The position numbers and the translations under genes are program-made. Shown piece by piece: positions 1 through 7,595 of a stretch of DNA of 64,000 nucleotides; the stretch's first letter is position 1; every line of letters begins with the position of its first letter. The stretch is taken from the IMG/VR virus record IMGVR_UViG_3300034815_000029; one strand, written 5' to 3'. Under the pieces are notes generated by a model. The model worked only from the letters and a program-made list of their open reading frames with translations. It made no database searches and was not told where the DNA came from. This stretch comes from an uncultured virus (IMG/VR IMGVR_UViG_3300034815_000029) (lineage: Duplodnaviria; Heunggongvirae; Uroviricota; Caudoviricetes).

Positions 1-127
1 GAGCTATGTGCGGAGCATGACCGAATGGCTCATGCCCTGATGACGCTGCTCGGGGAAACCGAGGACAGCGACTACATGAGTGCGGCAGAACAGCGGGCGA
101 TGGCGCGGGATGCGCTGCCGCCTAACG
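1..127 (+). repeat. 127-bp exact direct repeat, copy 1 (3' part of cassette F)
   Basis: Identical to 35880-36006; diverges right after GCCTAACG. Confidence 0.97.
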
Positions 128-178
128 CTCTCAATGAGGGGCCGCCGAAGGCGGTCCCTCTCGATTGAGTGGTTGGCC
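120..178 (-). repeat. attC site 1 (59 bp)
   Basis: Minus strand reads GGCCAAC CACTC AAT[C]GAG[A]GGG[A]CCGCC TTCG GCGGCCCCTCATT GAGAGC GTTAGGC: R''/L''/L'/R' boxes with the canonical extrahelical bases. Confidence 0.9.
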
Positions 179-199
179 GGCAACGGAAAGGACGATGAC

Positions 200-691
200 A
201 TGAACGAACTGCAATACAACCGCTGGAAACAGATGAGCCTCGGCCTGGCGCGTACCTACACGAACCTGACGCCAGCGCGGAAGGCGAGGCTGCTCGACGA
301 GGTTGAGTGCTGCATCGACTGGGTAGTGTGCAACGGCCTGGAGACCGTGGCGGACTGGGACAGCGGCGTGCAGTACGGCAAGGGCTGGCGCGAGCGCTAC
401 GAGTCCGTGAGCGCACGGGTAGATACCTTCCTTTGGGACAACCGCTACAAGTTCGAGCGCGAGAACAAGCACGGCGTCGAGGTTGTGCGCGGGCGCTTCG
501 GAGACATGCTGTCAGCCTGCGTTCGCGCTGGTTTTGATGTGGCAGTGTCCCCTAGCGGAGGCGTGATCGGCTTCACGGTCGGCGACCTGCGCGACATCTT
601 CGACGGCTCGATACCGGATTGGGTGGCGTCGCACTTCGAGGACCCGGCGGCGGTGCTGGCTGCCGGCCGCGATGAGGGCGTGTGGCTTTGA
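200..691 (+). CDS. Hypothetical protein, cassette 1 (126-698)
   Basis: ATG at 200 after AAGGA; flanked by GTTGGCCG and CGGCCAAC. Confidence 0.75.
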   Translation: MNELQYNRWKQMSLGLARTYTNLTPARKARLLDEVECCIDWVVCNGLETVADWDSGVQYGKGWRERYESVSARVDTFLWDNRYKFERENKHGVEVVRGRFGDMLSACVRAGFDVAVSPSGGVIGFTVGDLRDIFDGSIPDWVASHFEDPAAVLAAGRDEGVWL

Positions 692-692
692 C

Positions 693-751
693 GGCCAACG
701 CAAAAAATGAGGGGCTTGCGCAGCAAGTCCCGCTCGATTGATGGGTTCGGC
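693..751 (-). repeat. attC site 2 (59 bp)
   Basis: GGCCAAC...AATGAGGGG...TCCCGCTCGATT...GTTCGGC imperfect palindrome. Confidence 0.9.
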
Positions 752-773
752 GGCACAGTTAAGCGGAGAGAAA

Positions 774-1040
774 ATGCGACCAACATTTACAGCAAAGAAC
801 ATGATTATTTTGGTAACAGTTCTGCCGATAAGGATAGCTGCTCTTGGTTTACTCTGGTTCATTTCTTGGATTGGCGAGTTGGCAGATGTTGCGGCAGATT
901 GGGTTAGCTACAAAATACCTGGCCTTGAATTTGTGAGAGAAACAGAGGCAGGACGGGAAGAAAGAATGAGGCGGATTGCTGGATTGAGAAAGACTTCGCA
1001 AGAGCGCATTGACGCTGAAATTGACATGATGCATCGGTGA
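774..1040 (+). CDS. Small membrane protein, cassette 2 (699-1047)
   Basis: GGAGA RBS, hydrophobic N-terminus; flanked by GTTCGGCG and CGCCGAAC. Confidence 0.7.
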   Translation: MRPTFTAKNMIILVTVLPIRIAALGLLWFISWIGELADVAADWVSYKIPGLEFVRETEAGREERMRRIAGLRKTSQERIDAEIDMMHR

Positions 1041-1047
1041 CGCCGAA

Positions 1048-1338
1048 CTTAAATTCTTTAAAGAAATGGGGCGTAGACCAGGCGCTGGTTATTCGCTCGA
1101 TAGAATAAATAATAATCTTGGTTACACCGCAGAAAATTGTAAGTGGGCAACCACCGCCGAGCAACAAAGAAATACCAGAACCACAAAGTTGACTTATGCA
1201 TCTGTTAACGCAATGAAGCTACGCAGAGAGGAAGGTGCAACATACAAACAAATTGCTGCCGAGTTTGGCGTTTCAAGAATGTGCGCCACTCACGCAATTA
1301 TCGGAAAAACATGGGCCAATCATGAAAAAACGGAATAA
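1048..1338 (+). pseudogene. N-terminally truncated HNH endonuclease with C-terminal HTH
   Basis: LKFFKEMGRRP..SLDRINNNLGY..ENCKWAT motif; the frame reaches the cassette crossover and no N-terminal half is present. Confidence 0.7.
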
Positions 1339-1801
1339 AAAGTACAAACCGCACCCGGTTTTATCATGGCTACACAATTCAGATCGCACAACGATTGAGA
1401 TTATGTCACGTGTCATGGTAAACAAATTGGTCAGCGGTACTTTTTCTGACATCGACGCCAACACCGTCGCCTACGAACTCAACATCACCCGGCGCCTCGC
1501 CGTGATCGGCGGGCACGAATCCGTCAGGCAAGCCGCCGACGAGTGCATGGCCGCCTACCTCGGCATCCGCGACCGCCAGATGAAAACCGGCAAGTGGGGC
1601 GCGAACGGGCAGGAATTCCAGACCTTCCGCCAGCACCTGGGCGGCTTGTCCGATTACTTCAGCCGCCAGCCCGTGCACCGCATCGAGTCGGCGCGGCAAT
1701 GGGTGCTTGCGATCAATCGGAAAATGCAGGAAGCCGGGGCGATGTCGGCGGATATTGGCGACGACATGAAGTTGGAAAACGTGGTGATGGTTGCGGCATG
1801 A
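1322..1801 (+). CDS. Phage hypothetical protein
   Basis: MKKRNKKYKP start, overlaps both neighbours. Confidence 0.7.
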   Translation: MKKRNKKYKPHPVLSWLHNSDRTTIEIMSRVMVNKLVSGTFSDIDANTVAYELNITRRLAVIGGHESVRQAADECMAAYLGIRDRQMKTGKWGANGQEFQTFRQHLGGLSDYFSRQPVHRIESARQWVLAINRKMQEAGAMSADIGDDMKLENVVMVAA

Positions 1802-2061
1802 CCACCCTGCTCCTCTTCGCCAGCAGCTTCCTCACCGTGTTCGCGCTCGGGTTCCAGCAGCAGAACGTCAGCGGCGGACACCATACCGCCGCCTTCGTCA
1901 CCAGCTTCCTGATCGGCACCGGCCAGCTCGGCATCCTCAAACTGGTGCCAAACACCGATGACCCGATGATGGTGCTGGCCTACCTCGCTGGCGGACCCGT
2001 CGCCATCGTCGCCAGCATGATCATCCACCCGAAAACCGTGGGAAGGAAGACCGCGCCGTGA
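1798..2061 (+). CDS. Small multi-TM phage membrane protein
   Basis: ATGA coupling, three hydrophobic segments. Confidence 0.7.
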   Translation: MTTLLLFASSFLTVFALGFQQQNVSGGHHTAAFVTSFLIGTGQLGILKLVPNTDDPMMVLAYLAGGPVAIVASMIIHPKTVGRKTAP

Positions 2062-2279
2062 GCATCTTCCTGGATTCCACAGAAATGCACGACCTGACCG
2101 GCTACGTGCGCCATGCCGATCAGCGCCGGTGGCTGACAGATCGCGGCTGGACATTCGAGCAGAACGCCAACGGACGCCCGATTGTGCTGCGATCCCACGC
2201 GGAATCCAGGATGGGTGGCGACACGGGGAAACAGGCGGAAAAACGCCCTAACTTTACTGCGATCAAGAAAGCAGCCTAA
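2058..2279 (+). CDS. DUF4224-like excisionase
   Basis: FL..EM.DLTGY....Q..WL...G......NGRP pattern directly upstream of the integrase. Confidence 0.8.
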   Translation: MSIFLDSTEMHDLTGYVRHADQRRWLTDRGWTFEQNANGRPIVLRSHAESRMGGDTGKQAEKRPNFTAIKKAA

Positions 2280-2282
2280 ACT

Positions 2283-3269
2283 ATGAGCATGGGCAGAACC
2301 AGACAATCGAATTTTGCACTCCCGCAACGCATGCACAAGAAGGGCGACGTCTACTATTACGTCACCTCCGGCACGCCGCGCAAGTGGATCAGGCTATCCG
2401 CCAGCCTGGCCGAAGCCAAGATGATGTGGGCACAACTGGAGGGCGGATATTCGGATGCGACCGGGTTGTTTTCTGCCTTGTCCGCGCGATACATCACCGA
2501 ATCACTCGACGCCCTGGCGGAATCCACCCGGCGCCAGTACCGCATCCAGGCCAACGTGCTGGAATCCGTGTTCGGCAGCATGAAGCTGTCCGAAATCAAG
2601 CCTATCCACATCGCCCAATACCTCGACAACCACAAGTCAAAAACCTCGGCCAACAACGAAATGGCGCTGATGTCAGCCATGTTCGAGAAAGCGCTGCGCT
2701 GGGGATTGACGGAAGCCAACCCGGTGAAAGGCGTCAAACGCAACACCGTGGGGAAACGCGACCGCTACATCACCGACGAGGAATTCAAGGCGATCCGGGA
2801 AGCCGCGCCGGACTACATCCGCTGCACCATGGACATCGGCTACCTGACCGGCATGCGGATCTCCGACATCCTGAATGTCTTGATGCAGGACGTGACGGCG
2901 GAAGGGCTGGCCGTCCGGCAAGAAAAAACCGGAAAGCGCCAGCTATTCACCCTGACACCAGAACTTGAAGGCGCCATCGCGGCGGCCAAAGGACTGCGCC
3001 GTACCGTCCGCAGCATGTACCTGATCTGCAACCGCAAGGGCCTGCAGGTAAATTACCGCACATTCCAGGAAGCCTTCGCCAAGGTATGCGCCAAGGTCGG
3101 CATCGAGGATGTCCACTTCCACGACATCCGGGCCAAAGCCGCCACCGACGCCAAAAAACTCGGCCAGGATTACCAGAGCCTGCTCGGCCACGCGAACCGG
3201 AACATGTCGGATCGGTACGTTAAAACAAGGGAAACTGAATCTGTTACACCGCTAAAACGGAAATTGTGA
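2283..3269 (+). CDS. int: Phage tyrosine integrase
   Basis: TGMRISD, HFHDIR, LLGH and Y catalytic motifs; N-terminal arm-binding-type region. Confidence 0.92.
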   Translation: MSMGRTRQSNFALPQRMHKKGDVYYYVTSGTPRKWIRLSASLAEAKMMWAQLEGGYSDATGLFSALSARYITESLDALAESTRRQYRIQANVLESVFGSMKLSEIKPIHIAQYLDNHKSKTSANNEMALMSAMFEKALRWGLTEANPVKGVKRNTVGKRDRYITDEEFKAIREAAPDYIRCTMDIGYLTGMRISDILNVLMQDVTAEGLAVRQEKTGKRQLFTLTPELEGAIAAAKGLRRTVRSMYLICNRKGLQVNYRTFQEAFAKVCAKVGIEDVHFHDIRAKAATDAKKLGQDYQSLLGHANRNMSDRYVKTRETESVTPLKRKL

Positions 3270-3293
3270 TTGTAAAATAATTTTAAAAACGGG

Positions 3294-3322
3294 TTGACTA
3301 ATACGTTCAATGCGCGTATATT
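3294..3322 (+). promoter_or_regulatory. sigma70-type promoter
   Basis: TTGACT-17 bp-TATATT. Confidence 0.7.
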
Positions 3323-3381
3323 TAAAACCGTCAGCACAACGCATGACACCGCGCCTCGGGAACCAGGGGCTGGAGAAGAAA

Positions 3382-3711
3382 ATGAAAGCCATTCACCGCG
3401 TCGCAATCGGCGGCACCCCACGGAACCCATCCCTGCAAGATCAACTTTTCGTCGGCTCGAATGTCTACGGAAAGCGCGGCGGGACGAGCGGGAATCCTGT
3501 TGACGCAGTGTGCGTTGCCACCGGAACCGCCTGCGGTCACCAAACCATCGCCAAGCTGCCAGAAGAAACCCTGCTGCGAATCACCGCCGCGATTGGCCCA
3601 ATCGATGGCCGCCGGGCTAAAAAACTGGCCGAACTCGGTCTGGAAAACGAACTTGTAGCCGAGGTGTTCATCATCAAACTCAACCAGGAGAACAGCTATG
3701 CCGGTATATAA
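3382..3711 (+). CDS. Hypothetical protein
   Basis: GGAGA RBS then ATG. Confidence 0.65.
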   Translation: MKAIHRVAIGGTPRNPSLQDQLFVGSNVYGKRGGTSGNPVDAVCVATGTACGHQTIAKLPEETLLRITAAIGPIDGRRAKKLAELGLENELVAEVFIIKLNQENSYAGI

Positions 3712-3955
3712 AATCGAAGGTGCCGTGGCCGACAAGTACCACGGCTGCGGTCAGGCGCTGGCCGCCGTTGCCGGCGGGCAGCTCGTTGACATTGTGTATT
3801 TGCGTGACGTGATCGATGAAATCGATGAAGAGGACGAGACTTCTGTCAGGCAGGCGCTAGACAGTGAGGAACTAGGCCCGACCGTGCGCTACCTGAGCGC
3901 CATCGGCGAGGTATTTGTCGGCATGTGTTCTTGCTACGAATTTGTGGTCCAGTAA
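3698..3955 (+). CDS. Hypothetical acidic protein
   Basis: AGGAG RBS, overlaps the previous ORF. Confidence 0.7.
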   Translation: MPVYKIEGAVADKYHGCGQALAAVAGGQLVDIVYLRDVIDEIDEEDETSVRQALDSEELGPTVRYLSAIGEVFVGMCSCYEFVVQ

Positions 3956-4182
3956 TGGCGAACCATCCCAACCGAAGCCGGTCAGGAAACTCATCCAGAA
4001 ACCCGGCGCCTGACGAAATCCGTGCCCACAGGGAAAGCGCCGGGCTATCCCAAACCGCAGCCGGTGAACTAGTGCATACCACCTGCAGAACCTGGCAACA
4101 GTGGGAAGCCGGAGACCGCAGAATGCATCCCGCGTTTTGGGAGCTATTCAGAATAAAATCATTACAGCCATCTACAAAATAG
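3955..4182 (+). CDS. XRE/Cro-like HTH protein
   Basis: IRAHRESAGLSQTAAGELV...WQQWEAGDRRM. Confidence 0.85.
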   Translation: MANHPNRSRSGNSSRNPAPDEIRAHRESAGLSQTAAGELVHTTCRTWQQWEAGDRRMHPAFWELFRIKSLQPSTK

Positions 4183-4378
4183 TAGAAAGCCGCCCGGAGA
4201 ACAAGCACTGGCGCGGTGCGCAGAAATTGCTTTATTTTGATACGAAAATGCTGCAACAGCATGAATTATAAACACAAAGACTATTTTTGCTTTCTACAAA
4301 AATCGCGTTTTCACGGTTTTTAATTCATTGTTTTATAAAACATAAAAAAGTTTTGTAGAAACTATTTGGCATATTTAG
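4171..4378. other. Putative attP region
   Basis: AT-rich intergenic DNA between convergent int-side and lysis genes; TCTACAAAA at 4171 and 4293, inverted copy TTTTGTAGA at 4351 (arm-type-like). Confidence 0.5.
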
Positions 4379-4867
4379 TCAAGGTCGCCCCACCTCAAAA
4401 TCAATCAGCGCGTTGATCCGCCAGGCGCAGGTTTCGTACTGTCCGCTGGCTTCGATGGCCCAGGCTTCGACATCGGTATCAGTGGCGGCAGGTGCTCCGG
4501 CATTTTCTGCAGGAGGTTGCCGGGCGGTTTCGCGCAGGGTGAGCTTGCCGGAACTGTTGAGCAGGCTGACAGCGTCAGCAGACAGGCAATCGCGGCCAGT
4601 GGTGACGTTTTTGACATGTTTTATCCTCTCGATGGTTTTTTCGTGGGTGATAGCTTCGGCGGCGGCGAGTCTGGCGGACAGGTCGTTTCCCCGTTCGACT
4701 TCGGCCCGGTATTTCAGGGTCGCCAGGCGCTCGGCGGCGATCTGTTCGGCGGCGTGGCGACCCTTGGTGACTTTGACGCCGTAGCCGAAGCCGGCGGCGA
4801 ACAGGGCGAGCACGATCAGCAATGCCCCGAGGATGCGGTACGGCAGCGGGATGAGTGAGAGCATCAT
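4379..4867 (-). CDS. Rz-like i-spanin
   Basis: N-terminal TM then coiled coil; last gene of the lysis cassette. Confidence 0.7.
   Translation of the reverse strand: MMLSLIPLPYRILGALLIVLALFAAGFGYGVKVTKGRHAAEQIAAERLATLKYRAEVERGNDLSARLAAAEAITHEKTIERIKHVKNVTTGRDCLSADAVSLLNSSGKLTLRETARQPPAENAGAPAATDTDVEAWAIEASGQYETCAWRINALIDFEVGRP
4405..4617 (-). CDS. Embedded Rz1-like o-spanin lipoprotein
   Basis: LTLSAC lipobox, Pro-rich, nested out of frame in Rz. Confidence 0.7.
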   Translation of the reverse strand: MSKTSPLAAIACLLTLSACSTVPASSPCAKPPGNLLQKMPEHLPPLIPMSKPGPSKPADSTKPAPGGSTR

Positions 4868-5079
4868 TTTTCTCCTTGTTCAACATCGCCATAAATCCAG
4901 GTGTATTCGTACTGCTGGCAGTCCCGGCGATAAGGGAACCCGGTCACGCTTTCAGAACAGAACTGTTCCGCCTGAGCCCACGACAGCGGCTTCGAAGTCA
5001 CGACCACGTCCCGTTTCGAACATGACCGGCACAGTACCGGGTGTGCATTGAACAGTGAGGCAAGCCACTCCGGGATCAT
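4864..5079 (-). CDS. Hypothetical protein
   Basis: Translationally coupled within the lysis operon. Confidence 0.5.
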   Translation of the reverse strand: MIPEWLASLFNAHPVLCRSCSKRDVVVTSKPLSWAQAEQFCSESVTGFPYRRDCQQYEYTWIYGDVEQGEK

Positions 5080-5489
5080 GGGTAGAAAATGTGACGACCA
5101 GATTTCGGCGCGCGAATCGACCAGTGGCTCCAGCCCTTGGTCGCGTCAGGATGCTCGATGTAGATCCCGCACAGTTCCAGCTTGTCCTGGTTGTCCAGGC
5201 ACCATTCATCGATGTTGCCCAGCGGGTCGAACAGGTCTACGGCCATCCCCTCTTTGTGGCTGGAATTCGGCGACCCTTGCGGACAATCCTGCGGCCTGAA
5301 CCCGCCGTACCGATGTCCGCTGACCCCTGATTTTGTTGCCGGGTTAGTCGGGAACGCGATCCCATCTGCGGCGGCCATGGCGGTCAGAAGCTCGCAGGCG
5401 ATGAGCAAGCGTTTGGCGTTGCCTTTTCTGGTTTCGTTGGCGTCTGGGTGGTCGATCCATTTACCAAAATATTGCTCGATGGTGATCAT
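5076..5489 (-). CDS. Endolysin, peptidase M15-like
   Basis: GFR...SSH..GMAVD...WSHW zinc peptidase motif. Confidence 0.8.
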   Translation of the reverse strand: MITIEQYFGKWIDHPDANETRKGNAKRLLIACELLTAMAAADGIAFPTNPATKSGVSGHRYGGFRPQDCPQGSPNSSHKEGMAVDLFDPLGNIDEWCLDNQDKLELCGIYIEHPDATKGWSHWSIRAPKSGRHIFYP

Positions 5490-5504
5490 CGGTTATCCCT
5501 CCAA

Positions 5505-5756
5505 TCAGGCATTTCCATTCCTCCGATCAGATACCAGTTTGACGGCCGCGCCGACAAGCAACAGCAAGGTGCCGTGATGCCAGCCCAGCACGATGCCGAC
5601 CGCACCGGCGGCGATAAGCGCATTGGCGGCGGCGATGCTGGCGAAGCGGAACAGGTGGCCGTTGAAATCGCGGGCGTTCATCTTCGCGGCCAGGCAGACG
5701 GTGCGCACCAGCACGATGCTGGCGGCGAGCAACATAATCGAGGCGGCGACGCTCAT
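5505..5756 (-). CDS. Membrane protein (holin/antiholin-like)
   Basis: About three TM segments, in the lysis cassette. Confidence 0.6.
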   Translation of the reverse strand: MSVAASIMLLAASIVLVRTVCLAAKMNARDFNGHLFRFASIAAANALIAAGAVGIVLGWHHGTLLLLVGAAVKLVSDRRNGNA

Positions 5757-6127
5757 GGCTTTGCCTCCCCGACTAGCTGCTTGAGTCTACGGACGGCCAC
5801 CGGGAACAGCGCCGGCGCCAGCGCGCCGATGCTCAGCGCCCCCAGCATGCGCAAACCGGATGATGCGCCGGCCATCCCCGCCACATGAGCAGCAGCCAGA
5901 TCGGCCAGCACAGGCGATCCATAACCCGCCAGCAAGGAGGAGAACAGCACCGCCGATCCGGCCTTGAGGCGGTTATCTATGGATTCCAGCCAGACCGAGA
6001 CGAACAGCGCGGCCAGCAACCCGGCCACCAGCGCGTCGATCTGCGCGCCGAGCAACAATCCCCCGCTGATGCTTATCCCTGCCCCGGCCAATGCCCCTAC
6101 TGCTATTGATGCGTGCGGCTCCGCCAT
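5753..6127 (-). CDS. Putative holin
   Basis: Several TM segments upstream of the endolysin; AGGAG RBS. Confidence 0.65.
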   Translation of the reverse strand: MAEPHASIAVGALAGAGISISGGLLLGAQIDALVAGLLAALFVSVWLESIDNRLKAGSAVLFSSLLAGYGSPVLADLAAAHVAGMAGASSGLRMLGALSIGALAPALFPVAVRRLKQLVGEAKP

Positions 6128-6142
6128 GTTTTCTCCTTTTTA

Positions 6143-6346
6143 TTAAACTTGCGCCACTATTCCCAGCACGCCGTCGCGCACCTCCCATTGGTGGGCATCC
6201 CTCCCCGCCCATTGCTGTTCGCTTGCCACTACCAGCTCGACGGTTCGGCGCGGCAAGGCGCTTACCGTTCCTGTCCTGTCTGGTTGGTCATACCATCCCA
6301 GCACGGGTGCCGGGTTGGTGCCTGGGCGGTAATAGGCGCACTTCAT
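6143..6346 (-). CDS. Small tail-fibre-associated protein
   Basis: Coupled to the upstream gene, downstream of the fibre. Confidence 0.5.
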   Translation of the reverse strand: MKCAYYRPGTNPAPVLGWYDQPDRTGTVSALPRRTVELVVASEQQWAGRDAHQWEVRDGVLGIVAQV

Positions 6347-6735
6347 TTGTTCCCGTCATCCATGAAAGTGGCCTGCCCGAAATTTGGGCCATCCATGCCA
6401 GCGGCAGAGCTTTCGTCGGTCTGAAAGCGGAGCAGAACCGCCAGCCTGCCGTTGCCCTTCCAGCCCGCCCCGCACTGAAAATATTTTTTAGTGAATGGCC
6501 GGATCTGAATCCCGATCCAGAAAGGCAGCCGCAACTGGAGGAATAAAACCCCGTTCATGAACAGGCTAGGGGGATCGCGGTAAATGACGCGCAGCAGATT
6601 AAAGCCGGGATAGATTAAATCGAAGAATCCGCATTGCAGGCTGATCAGGTGTACCGATCGCGCCTCCGGGATGGCGGTATGGTCGCCTAGCCAGTCGATT
6701 AATTTCCAGATTGGCGAACTTGCAAAGGGTCGCAT
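6343..6735 (-). CDS. Conserved hypothetical protein (homolog of 61368-61763)
   Basis: Shares WLGD.TAIPE, IYRDPPSLFMNG and ESSAAGMDGPN with the phage B copy. Confidence 0.85.
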   Translation of the reverse strand: MRPFASSPIWKLIDWLGDHTAIPEARSVHLISLQCGFFDLIYPGFNLLRVIYRDPPSLFMNGVLFLQLRLPFWIGIQIRPFTKKYFQCGAGWKGNGRLAVLLRFQTDESSAAGMDGPNFGQATFMDDGNK

Positions 6736-7595
6736 TACTGATCACCAAATACACTAAAACTGATTTGTGAAAAATCAGCGGCGACTACAGAGGAATTGTA
6801 CGTTTCAAGCCGGAATGTGCTGGCTGTCAATACCGTTGTCACACACGCAAAATAATTCCCACCAGGAATTACCGCATAGTTGGCAGATGACATTGCAGGG
6901 TTCAATGTGATTGTATATACACCTGGTCCACCATCGGTGATGGTTGCGCTTACACCAGACGAAATATCAAACGCAGGAGTGCCCGTACCGTTAAATCTTC
7001 CAAATGCCTTTGCAACCCCGGGATTGTGCTTTACCCCGCTCGGGGTGACGATGACAGCGGAGCTCGTTGCAGCCTCCATGTCGGCCTGAGATGCAAAGGC
7101 CATGGATTTCCCCACAGAAAAAAACGCCGTACCGTTGCAGATCAATATCCCGCTGTCGCCCGGCGCAACCGCCAGCGTCGCGGCGCCGTCTACCAGCTCG
7201 GTGGAATTCGGGTCGATGGTGATGGTGCCGCTGCCGGTGTTGCGGTAGAACACATGCCAGCCGTCGCCCAAAGTCGCGGCGGCGGTGAGGCCAAGCGGCC
7301 AGGTTCCGCTGCAATCGAGCAGTTTCGAGCGGTCTCCGGCGACCGCAGTATAGGCGCCAGTCTTGCTGGAGGTGGCAAATTTGAGTCGCAGCAGGTCGTT
7401 GTTTCCTGCTCCGGCCACGGTTTCGATTTCCACGCCGCCGCCGGTATCGAGCAGCGCCAGCGTGCCGAGTGCGGCCTTGAGCGCGTTGACCATGTCCACC
7501 ACGCCGGCCAGGTCGGTGAGCAGCGCCTGCTTGGGGTCGTCGGTGCTGGCGTCGCAGTTCGCTTTGGTGGCGTCAGCCGGGAGTGTCGTGCTCAT
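6735..7595 (-). CDS. Tail fibre protein
   Basis: Follows the J-like gene; ITIDPNSTELVDGA and ASQADMEAATS..VTP fibre motifs. Confidence 0.75.
   Translation of the reverse strand: MSTTLPADATKANCDASTDDPKQALLTDLAGVVDMVNALKAALGTLALLDTGGGVEIETVAGAGNNDLLRLKFATSSKTGAYTAVAGDRSKLLDCSGTWPLGLTAAATLGDGWHVFYRNTGSGTITIDPNSTELVDGAATLAVAPGDSGILICNGTAFFSVGKSMAFASQADMEAATSSAVIVTPSGVKHNPGVAKAFGRFNGTGTPAFDISSGVSATITDGGPGVYTITLNPAMSSANYAVIPGGNYFACVTTVLTASTFRLETYNSSVVAADFSQISFSVFGDQ

Noticed and set aside
2283..3269. The integrase as the IntI serving the attC arrays
   Set aside because: It is paired with an excisionase-like gene and I see no IntI-specific insertion before the HxxR motif, so it looks like an ordinary phage integrase. 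An intI HMM search would settle this.
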